A stretch of DNA of 63,570 nucleotides, counting the filler, from Atractiella rhizophila (taxonomy: Eukaryota), in NCBI GenBank assembly GCA_021432655.1. It is 5 parts of 5 records of this genome, joined end to end, with 100 filler letters (N's around TTAATTAATTAA, not from the genome) between each part and the next. Parts side by side here need not be neighbours in the genome. Positions count along the whole stretch, not along the records: positions 15,947 to 42,011 come from MU271761.1; positions 42,112 to 54,021 come from MU271763.1; 3 more parts are not named here. One strand, written 5' to 3'. The notes under the pieces are model-generated. The model saw nothing but the letters and a program-made list of their open reading frames with translations, was not told the origin of the DNA and searched no databases. A program made the translations under genes and the position numbers. This document shows positions 39,708 through 49,429 of the stretch, one piece after another. Position 1 is the stretch's first letter; each line of letters opens with the position of its first letter.

Positions 39708-40475
39708 TTACCGCAATTGCCCAAAGGTTTGCCTGGGCACTGTGCTATCCGTCAATAATCCAGTCTTAGTATTATACTGTTGACGAACCGGTTGGGGGAC
39801 CACTGTGACGTGAAACCTGTTAACAAGCTGTCAGTCACCTCAGTTATCTTCGAAGAGGGGAATGCAGACGTTGGTGCAGCAGCACGGAACTGGATGGGTC
39901 CATTCAAGCCAATTTGATGCTCCGTGATAACGATTTGGAAGCCTCCCCTATCCGGGTTGCAAGGAAAGAGTGCATCGTTAGCAAAATTGCATGGTAGCGT
40001 GGAAATAAAGAACGCGGCACTCACTCGGACACATGAGGAGCGTTAAATCGGGGAATGTTAAACCAGGCTTCGATGTTGGTCTGCTTGTTCTGAGAAGTCA
40101 ATCCCTCGGCAACCCTGTGAGTAATCACTGGTCCGCCATCAGCGGTGCTGTAGTCGACCAAATCAATGTCAACTAAGCAACCCTGAATCAAATTTTGACG
40201 TTCATCAAGAGAAAGTGGCACACTATATTCAGTGTAAAATCCTTGGACGCCGTTGACTCTGGTGTAAACAACCTTGATGCCATCGATGTCACTTAGCGAT
40301 AACGATTAGGACCGAAGGCATTGTACTGCAAAAATGCAAATACGACTCACCGCACCCTCGTGGCATCATTTGGAGTAACCAAAACACCACTTGGGCCTGG
40401 CGCACGAGTAGCAATTGAAGTGGCTTGAGCAACGACGAACAGAACGCTCGTGAAGAATGAGGCGAAGAATTTCAT
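39708..40475 (-). CDS. Small secreted protein of unknown function
   Basis: Signal peptide MKFFASFFTSVLFVVAQA; short exons separated by GT-AG introns; FQIVITEHQIGLNGPIQFRAAAPT. Confidence 0.7.
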
Positions 40476-40659
40476 ACTTTTACAGTTTCTACAAATAGCA
40501 GGAGTAAGACAGGGAGCGGCGCTGGAGCTACGTAGACTGGGAGTGCTCTATTTTATGTTTACTCTTTGCCCATTTCTCTGCCAAGACCTCGAGTGACAGA
40601 GGAGGAGAGATGGAAACAGCATCACAAGACCTTTAACTTCCATCTGGTATGCGGATATC

Positions 40660-42011
40660 GAGGCATTGAACATTGGACCCTCAACAACTTCGTGATGTAG
40701 ACCCGAAGCTGGGTCACTCGAAAATCCTTAAATTGAAAGGAAGCAAGTTTCCGACTCGGGGCTGGCTGCCAAGCTCAGGCTATTCATGTCATTACATTTC
40801 GAAAGTTCATTATGATCTCTGAAAGAACGGCAGAGCTGCTTTCCTTTCCACCTTGTTCCACCCACGACTCACAATGCTCACAGCTGGCGGCTTGTGCATT
40901 TACCTTGAAGGGATGTCCCCTCTGTACGGCGAATGGCAGACATTGGGCAGCATACAAGAAGACGCATTCATCTGTTGTATTGTTGCGCTGGATGCTGGTG
41001 ATTCATTGAGAAGTGTAATAAGAAAGGCATAACTGTATTGTGCTGGTTTTCCACATTGCACGGCAGCATCATGATTCTGTATTCGAGCTACATTCAGTCA
41101 GTATCAGAATCCTGGATCCTCCTGACTCCTAAAGCCTTCTCGAATCCTAGCGATCATCCTGATGTTCCGAAGCTCTTTCCAACAATTGCATCGCATTCAA
41201 CTCCCGACCTTGGAGTTGCCATTGGGCAAAAAAACGCCTTGGCAGTGTTCCAGAATTGGCAGGTGGTCGATTCGTGCTTGAAATACTGTGGATCCTTTTC
41301 CTCAAAAACTTTGATTACCACACGAAGGTGATGATCATCCCTATCAATGATGGGGTCCTTACAGACCGCTCCAACCTCTCCTCCAGCAAGAAACTTCCAA
41401 ACTTCTAGCTGATCAAGATAATTTCCCAAATTTCCCTCCGCCTCACCCCTGATAACTCAGAAGCCTTGCAGAATGACATGACAACGGAAATTGGATTTTG
41501 GACCACTCTCAACCGTCAAATCCCATCACAACGATTGGAGTTGTCGGGCACTATAGCCGTCCATCCTTCTCGAGCGAGCTTCGCGTAATCGTTCAAGGCT
41601 GACATCCAAACAGGAAAGGCATCAACAGGAAATTCCTCACCCGCCAGCTGCTTGTTCTGGATAACTCAAGATGCCCGCTTGAGTCACTCTAAACAAAGGT
41701 ATCGACAGCGGGATTGTAGTGATGGTCATCTGAGGACACTTGTCGACCGCACTAAGTATACGTTAAGTCAAATCGTGTTGGCGGTGATCGTGGAGGAAGA
41801 GATCTGTTGGAGGAATAGATTTGTTTTGATAGATGCGATTTTTCGGATGGTATCTAGGACCGATGGTTCATTAGTGAGGGTGAATGCATCGAGGCACTCG
41901 TTGAGAAGTCATTTGGGCACTGAAACTTTGTGTCCCAACCATTCTCCATTCTTCGGCAGTTCTCCTTGTCCTCCAATATAGTTCAGAAAATTCAACTCGT
42001 TTAGTAGAGGC
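40660..42011 (-). pseudogene. Decayed kinase-like gene
   Basis: KFLAGGEVGAV...VVIKVFEE...YFKHE resembles kinase subdomains I-III; several in-frame stops upstream. Confidence 0.45.
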
Positions 42012-42111
42012 NNNNNNNNNNNNNNNNNNNNNNNNNNNNNNNNNNNNNNNNNNNNTTAATTAATTAANNNNNNNNNNNNNNNNNNNNNNNNNNNNNNNNN
42101 NNNNNNNNNNN
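42012..42111. other. Artificial contig spacer
   Basis: N44-TTAATTAATTAA-N44. Confidence 0.97.
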
Positions 42112-42180
42112 GTTTGGGAGAGTGGGGAGGAATACCGAGATGCGATTGTTGATAGACACCCTAGAAGAGATTTCACATGA
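42112..42180 (+). CDS. 3' tip of another F-box/LRR-like paralog (truncated by contig edge)
   Basis: VWESGEEYRDAIVDRHPRRDFT* nearly identical to the end of 44325-46487. Confidence 0.85.
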   Translation, partial: VWESGEEYRDAIVDRHPRRDFT

Positions 42181-43099
42181 AGGTGAGTCTCTCATATCAC
42201 TTCAACACTCGGTACATAACCTAAAAGTTATCTGCAGTTACACCAAAAATGCCAAAAAGGCGACACAGGTCGCCAATTGTTTATGTATCTGAACATATTC
42301 TTGTGCCTGACTAAGTTTCCGTTGTTAACCCCAGACACGATATTCCCGTTTGTACAACATGGATTGGTATTCCGGAATGAATTGATTGTTGTATCTTCGC
42401 TATCTTCCACTTGATATTTGTATATTATACCACGGGTTATTTGTGCACTATTGTATCAACGCAGTGCTTAACGATAAATAGCTCACTCATAGCAATGGTT
42501 TGCTCAATAGTACAGCATCACCTTCAGGGAACCCAATAGTCATCAGGAAGCAAACAGAGCACCAGGGCACCAATCAACCAAGGCGGATGACATGAAAGAA
42601 CTTCTCTCATGGAATCCGACTGTCTATCGCTTGATTAGAACACGCCAATCATTAGAAGCAGACTGAACTAGAAGGACGTATACCAGCTTTACACACAGTT
42701 ACGAGGGGAAGTCGACCTTGAATTGTAAAAGCCCAACGCTAGCATTTTTTGTGTCTTAACTGGGCGGGGTCTGTATCAGGACATGATCCACCATGATGAT
42801 TAAAGAAAGCGCTGGTTGGAGTAAAGGATAGAAGCGCCGCCATAAATATTTACCATCGTACAAATGAATTTTTTGCTTGAAATGGCAGAGACGCGCTCCC
42901 AGGGACGGAACCAAAAATCAGTGCTCGCGTTACTCTTCACGGAACATCGAATTCCAATATCCTTTCCCAGTGTGCGGTTTGGAAGGCGACCCCAGTTTGA
43001 AGAGGAGGAGGAGAAGGATGAGAAGAAGCGTTGAGGTCGTCGACGGAAGGTTGAGAGGTGAGGAACACTTCGGGTACGCTCTTCGACTGTTCTTTCCCA

Positions 43100-43658
43100 A
43101 TTTGAAGCGTCCAAATCTACCTCCACATCCACATCAAAGCGGCTCTCGTTAACTCCACCAACGTCGAAGGCCTGGGCANNNNNNNNNNNNNNNNNNNNNN
43201 NNNCCAATCCAAATCCACATCCACCTCCACATCCAAAGGTCTCTCTTTGACGTCCACCGACCTCGAGATCCTCAGCGCATCCGTTCCCTCCTCCTCCTCC
43301 CACCGCTTCCCTGCGCTCACCCCTCTCCCAACCACAGGGCAAGAAGAAGACTCCTCCACCTGGCGCGCACAGCGGTTCTACGTCCCTCCGGAGGATGAGC
43401 GACACGATTTGGACTTGGATTTTGATCCGGTGGAGTTTGAGAGGGGAGAGGGTGGTTGAGGAGGGGAGGAGGAGAATGGAGAGGGAGAGGAAGTTGAGGG
43501 AGGCTGTTGGTGAGAAAGAGAAGAATGCAGAGGAGAGGAGAGAGAGGAAGGAGGGGGGGAAGGCGTGGGAAGGGAAGGCGTGGGAAGGGAAGGCGACGGA
43601 TAAGGAGGTGGCGGAGAGGTTTAGGAGAAGGATGAGGGAGGGAGCGAGGAAGAGGTAG
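43100..43658 (+). pseudogene. Frameshifted 3' gene fragment, tentatively C9orf78/Tls1 (HCA59)-like; second copy at ~47480-47900
   Basis: WRAQRFYVPPEDERHDL...(frameshift)...KATDKEVAERFRRRMR; no start or upstream exons seen. Confidence 0.45.
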
Positions 43659-44324
43659 TTGTAGTCCTTTTTGGTCCCTTTTTTTTCCTGATGACAGCAT
43701 TGGATGAGCAAATTCTTTGTACATAGATTGTGCTTTTACAGCCTCCTACAGAAGTCAACCAGTACCCTGAAGATGCCCCATGTAATCTCGTCTACCTTCC
43801 TATCCGACTCTCCTACATACGTCAACCCATCAGATCATCCGCAGGGACATCAGTGCATAAACATGCCAAGGGTTTGCTGTCCAATATTCTGATTCGGCGG
43901 ACGGAAATAGAGGCGCAGGAACTACCGGGTAGTGTAAGCATAGTCATTCATCGCATCAACAAGCAACAGCATTTTTTGCAATGGAGAGAGAACACACAAA
44001 TAGTTAGGAGAGCCACCGCGCGTAAGCGAACCCCCGATGCGAAAGAGAACCGAAAGCGAATAACTAACAACTGTCCTTAAACATGAGAAGATTTGGCTGG
44101 GTTTGGTGAGGTCCTCAACTTTCTTGCCCATGCCCAACAATGCACCGCCTTTCAATGGTGATGTTTGGAAGTGCTGCTTCAACTTCCATCACCTAACACC
44201 ATCCAACAGCACCAAAAGCTAACCTTTTCCAAAGCGTAGTTCTGTCAAAAAATGTTCATCATTTTCTTGTCTATTTTCTTGTCTGTTTTCATAGTTTTGA
44301 TTATGTTGTTCGCCCTTAAAATGG

Positions 44325-46487
44325 TTGAGATGGTTCAAGCTTCATCATCTGACGATTTCCCGACAGCGCAGGTATTTCCCCCTCTCATCTGACCTAAATT
44401 ATGGACTATACTTTGACGTCTCTTCTCAGGAAATGATCGAGCGGCAAACGAAGACCCCGTACCAGAATTCTCGGGAAGACATCCAACCGTCAACAGTTTC
44501 CTTACACCATGATTCCCATTCTCGAGAAGAATTTGGGCAGCAAGCACCTCGCACAAGCCAGCATTCTCGGGAAGACATCGAGCAGCCAATAAAAACCTCA
44601 AACCATGATTCTCGTGAAGAAATTGGGCCACAAGCACCTGGCGCGCGCCATGATTCTCAATCAGAGTCCACGGCACTTGTCCATTTCATCACGCCAGCGA
44701 AACGTACCCGTTTGTTCTACCTATCCGTTCTTCGCTCTTTCCTCTCTGGCCTGCCTTCGTCAACTTGGGAGCTCTGGATCAAATTTGATGTCCCATCTCG
44801 GTTCACGGATGAGGATCCCGCTTGGATCTCCTCGAAATTATCCCACGTCTCACTTGAGCATCAGCATCTCGAAGAAACAGTCGACGGGGACCGTGTATGT
44901 GTAGCGAGTCTTGTCATCAGCTTAGGAGGGGCGGCTAGCCCTCCTCCAGTTGTTGATTCAACTGCCCATTCATTTTCCGACTCGTCGCTTGGTTCAATTT
45001 TCGACTCTCCTTTCAACCCATACCCAACTATCAATTCACATACTGATTCATCTATCAATCTATCTGTCGGTTCATCCGCCAACTCAGCTGATCTGCCCAG
45101 GGAAGTGGAACAACTCACCACTTGGACATTTCGTCTCCTGCCAGAATATCGCTCTGAAGCCATCTTCGTCCCCATTGCTCTGTACTCTGATACTGAACAA
45201 CGTTTCGTCCCTTTCAGGGATGACGAATCATCATCACTTCCGTCCCCTCGTTCAAACGCAGCGGCCATCATACAACTCTCGGCCTCTCCCGTTCGGGGGG
45301 TTATTCGAAGCCCTTTCTCTCACATACCCATCGAGCTCTTGTCTATCATCTTCGCTTTCCTCGAAGTCGGAGATTCTCTCCTCGGACACTACACAGGTTC
45401 CACTCTGTCTGACGTGTGCAAGCTCTGGAGAGAAGCTGCAGCCCCTTATGGGAACGAACCTGGATCTGTCAAGGAGAAATATGATCTTGTGCAATTAAAC
45501 CCTGGTGCTGGACGTCTATGGAACACACTGTGGCTTCAAGGGTGTATTAATGTCGAAATGGTCAAAAGGGTCATTGACGCATCTCCGCACGTGACGCGAG
45601 TGTACCTGGACGCATGTTGGGATAGTGAGGAGGCGAAGACTGTGCTGCATGCGATTTCAGGTTTGAGAGGGTTGGTGGAGGTAACCTTTGGATCTGAAGG
45701 TCGGAGGAAGTGGAAGAAGGACGAAGTCGAGAACTTTATACATCGGATGCGTGGGACCCTCAGACACCTCACCGCATACAAAGTGGAGGACTCTGCTTCC
45801 TCACCCTCGGCGCGTACAGGCTTTCAATTATATCCTGGCTTGATATCCCTAGCACTTCAAACGTACCCAACTCTTGAATGCCTCTACCTACCACATAGCC
45901 TCAAACGACTGACTCTCTGCAATCTGCCTCAACTCCCTTGGACTATCTCGGGTTCGTATCTCCCTCCTCTTCTGGAACATCTCGCGCTAGGGATCGCATC
46001 CTGCTCTCCTGACAAGTCTGCTGTCGTTCTACCCAATCCTGTCGACTTATCCCGCCTCACGCACCTCACCTCCCTCCTCGTCGATGGTGGTGGAGAGACC
46101 TCAAATCTTGTTCCACGCCAGCTTTTCCGCGCTCTTCAAAATGCAAAAGCGATAAAAGAAATAGACATCGCGTACTGTGAGGTAGAATTCTTGGGTTTCC
46201 CGGACTTTATCTACTGGTTTTTTGCGCATCGCCCAACAACGAGAATCGAGCAGCGGGATGAAACAGAGGATGATGCTGGATCTGAAGTCGAGAGAACAAT
46301 GAGAGGATCCCTTTTACGTGTTTGCTTATTCTTTGCACAGTGGTCCGTGAAGGAGATTGAAGCTGCCAGGAGGACGATGAGAGAATGTGGCGTGCGAGAT
46401 GGGGACAAATTTTACAAAGTTTGGGAGAGTGGAGAGGAATACCGTGATGCGATTGTTGATAGACACTCTAGAAGAGATTTCACATGA
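44325..46487 (+). CDS. F-box protein with unrecognised N-terminal domain and LRR/RNI-like C-terminus
   Basis: FSHIPIELLSIIFAFL...LSDVCKLWREAA F-box; LxxLxL repeats (SLKRLTL, LLEHLAL, HLTSLLV); 720-codon uninterrupted ORF; likely ATG at 44433. Confidence 0.8.
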   Translation: MRWFKLHHLTISRQRRYFPLSSDLNYGLYFDVSSQEMIERQTKTPYQNSREDIQPSTVSLHHDSHSREEFGQQAPRTSQHSREDIEQPIKTSNHDSREEIGPQAPGARHDSQSESTALVHFITPAKRTRLFYLSVLRSFLSGLPSSTWELWIKFDVPSRFTDEDPAWISSKLSHVSLEHQHLEETVDGDRVCVASLVISLGGAASPPPVVDSTAHSFSDSSLGSIFDSPFNPYPTINSHTDSSINLSVGSSANSADLPREVEQLTTWTFRLLPEYRSEAIFVPIALYSDTEQRFVPFRDDESSSLPSPRSNAAAIIQLSASPVRGVIRSPFSHIPIELLSIIFAFLEVGDSLLGHYTGSTLSDVCKLWREAAAPYGNEPGSVKEKYDLVQLNPGAGRLWNTLWLQGCINVEMVKRVIDASPHVTRVYLDACWDSEEAKTVLHAISGLRGLVEVTFGSEGRRKWKKDEVENFIHRMRGTLRHLTAYKVEDSASSPSARTGFQLYPGLISLALQTYPTLECLYLPHSLKRLTLCNLPQLPWTISGSYLPPLLEHLALGIASCSPDKSAVVLPNPVDLSRLTHLTSLLVDGGGETSNLVPRQLFRALQNAKAIKEIDIAYCEVEFLGFPDFIYWFFAHRPTTRIEQRDETEDDAGSEVERTMRGSLLRVCLFFAQWSVKEIEAARRTMRECGVRDGDKFYKVWESGEEYRDAIVDRHSRRDFT

Positions 46488-49429
46488 AGGTGAGCCTCTC
46501 ATATCACTTCAACACTCGGTACATAACCTAAAATTTATCTGCAGTTACTCCAAGACTGTCAAAAAGGGACACAAATCGCCAATTGCCTATGTATCTGAAC
46601 ATATTCTTGTGTCCGACCAAGTTTCTGTTCACCCCAGACACGATATTCCGGTTTTGTACAACATTGATTGGGATTTCGGATTGAATTGGTTGTTGTATCT
46701 TCGCTATCTTCCACTTGATATTTGTATATTACCACACGAGTTATTTGTGCACTATTGTATCAACACAACGCTTAACGATGACTAGCTCACTCATAGTAAT
46801 GGTAGTCAATCACCACCGTCGGGAAACCCAATAGTCATCACGAAGGCAAACAAAGCAACGAGGCACCAATCAACCAAGCGGATGACATGAAAGACCTTCT
46901 CTCATGGGATCCGATTGACTATCGCTTGATTAGAACACGCCAAGCAGTAGTAGCAAACCTGAACCACCGTTGTTGAAGGACTGTTTACCAGCTTACACAC
47001 CGTTACGAAGGGAGGTCCACCGTCGATTATAAAGGCCCGACGGGCGAGATCTGTATCAGGACATGATCCGCCATGATGATTAAAGAAAGCGCAGTTTGGA
47101 GAAAAGGAACAAACACACTGATAAAGATTTGTTATCGTGCGAATGAATGGTTCGCTTGAAACGGTGCAGAGGTGCTGCTCACGAACGGCACGCAACGTTC
47201 ACTGTTCGCATTACTCTGCACGGAAGGTCGTATTGCAATATCCTTTCCCGGTGTACGGTTTGGATGAGGACCCCAGTATGAAGAAGATGGAAAGGAGAAT
47301 GATGAGAGAAGGCAGGCAGATGGACTCTTGAGGTCTGGAGAACTGCCAAATACTCCCACATCGCTAATAGACAATGTGTCTTCTTTTCTAGTCGCGTACA
47401 TGGTAAAGAAGCGTCGAGGCCGTCGTTGCGACGTCTCCTGAGGTGGAGAGAGGTGTGGATCCTTGACTGTCCGTTCACAATTTCAAGCGTCCAACTCTAC
47501 TTCCACATCCACATCAAAGCGGCTGTCGTTGACTCCACCAACGTCGAAGTCCTCGACACCTCCATCCCTCTTCGACCTCCTACCGCTTCCCTCCCTCACT
47601 CCGCTCCCACTCACAACCACACTCTCAGAAGTACAGTCATCCACCTAGACTACGCGGATGTTCTACGTCCCTCCAGAGGATGAGCGACATGATTTGGATC
47701 AGGACTTTTCCGGTCGAGGTCGAGAGGGAAGGGTAGTTGAGGAGGGGAGGAGAGAGTGGAAGGGAGAGAAGGTTGAGGAGATGGTTGGGGAGGAGGAGAA
47801 GGAGAAGGAGAAGAGGAAGAGGAAGGAGGGGTCGGAGGGGAAGGCGACTAATAAAGCGGTAGCGGAATGGTTTAGAGGAGGACGAGGCAAGAATTGTGCT
47901 TTTGGTTGCGTTTTTTAACTGCGTGATTGAGTAGTTAGATTAGGATTAGCAAGTATTTGTACACGTAGGTGCACACAATGTGCTTTTACACCCTTCTCGA
48001 GAAGTCAACCAGAACCTTGAAGAAGCAATGTCATCCCAAAAGTAGTAAGGTAATAATGAACGAACGGAATTCGAATATTCACTCCTCTTTCCGTCTCCCG
48101 CTCATTCTCTTCCACCACCCCGACCTCCAATCACCATCATCCCATTCCTCCCTCAACCACTTCCTCCTCCTCTCCTCCTTCCTCTCCTCCACCCTCCTAT
48201 CCACCTCTCCCTCCTCCCCATCCAACATGAGCGAGGCCGGCGCCGGACATCCTACACATCATACCCACAAGTTAACCATCATATCGTATAATTCGCGGTG
48301 CACAGGTACATATACACCACTCAGGGAATGGACAGAGACTTACCCAGTGGCCGTTTACCGTTTTCTGCGCGATGGACGGAAATGGAAACGGTGAGGATGG
48401 AGAAGAAGAAGACGGCCCAGAAGGTGCCGTTCGTGAGGGAGTGATGGTGCCGATGGATCAGACGGCGTGCTTGGATTGCTGTTGGGAGAGGAGAAGGCAT
48501 TGCATCGTTGTTTGGGAGGACTACAACATTAGGAACTCAGGACAGACTACCGGGTAGTGTTGTTCTCAGGAATTTGGTTGCATCAGTTCCTCCTCTGCTT
48601 CTCACCTTCATTTCATCAACATGCACATCTATTAATAATAGCTCTGATGTCTCCCTATCGTCAGTGTCCGTGTTAGCACCAGCGCGCAGTGGAGGTAACC
48701 TTCCCCGTCCAACAACCTCCAACAACCTCCCGGCGCAACGGGTCTTTACGGCTGTTCCTGTAAGCCAGCTCCTTGGGGATAATGTGTTAGCTTGTTAACT
48801 CGCCTCTTTGCAGTCGCTACAAGAGCAGTGTCAAAAAAAGGAGTTGTGGGCTTTCCTTGAATTCCCATCCCTCTACTCTGGTACTAAACCCGTATCGTCG
48901 TGTCGTCATAGTCGTCATAGATCATTACTCGACAGTCCTCTTACCACCTCTTGCCCTCCTCCTCTTCTTTCCCACCTCCACTTTTGCGGCGCGTGTTGAG
49001 GAAATCTAGACGTCGATAGGTTATTATTCCATCGAGCAGTTTGGATATGAGTCGCGTGATGCAAGGGAATTCGAGGTAGGTAGAGTACATAACAGAGTCT
49101 GTAAGAATGTGCTCCTTTTCTTGCTCCTTGACCTTGATACCTGTCTCCACCGTATTTGGATTTGAGGTGACGAGCTCCGCGCACAGCATCTCACGAGATC
49201 AGTGCCATGCGATTCGAAGCTGGAGAGATGATGGATTGAACTGTCGAGCACTTCATGGATACGAAAGTCGTCGGGAACGTAGATATCTCGATAAGCCGAA
49301 ACAGTCATGTCGAATTTTGTAACGAATCAGCCAACGAATGTGCAAATACTGAAAACGAGCCATCGTCCTGATACGAATTCAAACGCACTGACGGTGCGCA
49401 AAACACGGTATCGCGATTAAGGGGGTTCT

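Larger units (their letters stand above)
42112..48030. repeat. Diverged direct duplication, offset ~4307 nt (42112-~43780 vs 46419-~48030)
   Basis: Collinear similarity from gtttgggagagtgg to tgcttttaca..gaagtcaaccag, with many substitutions and indels. Confidence 0.9.

Noticed and set aside
48227..48560. Zn-cluster transcription factor (ACLDCCWERRRHC)
   Set aside because: Cys spacing does not fit Zn2Cys6 and the frame is broken; at most an unassignable relic.
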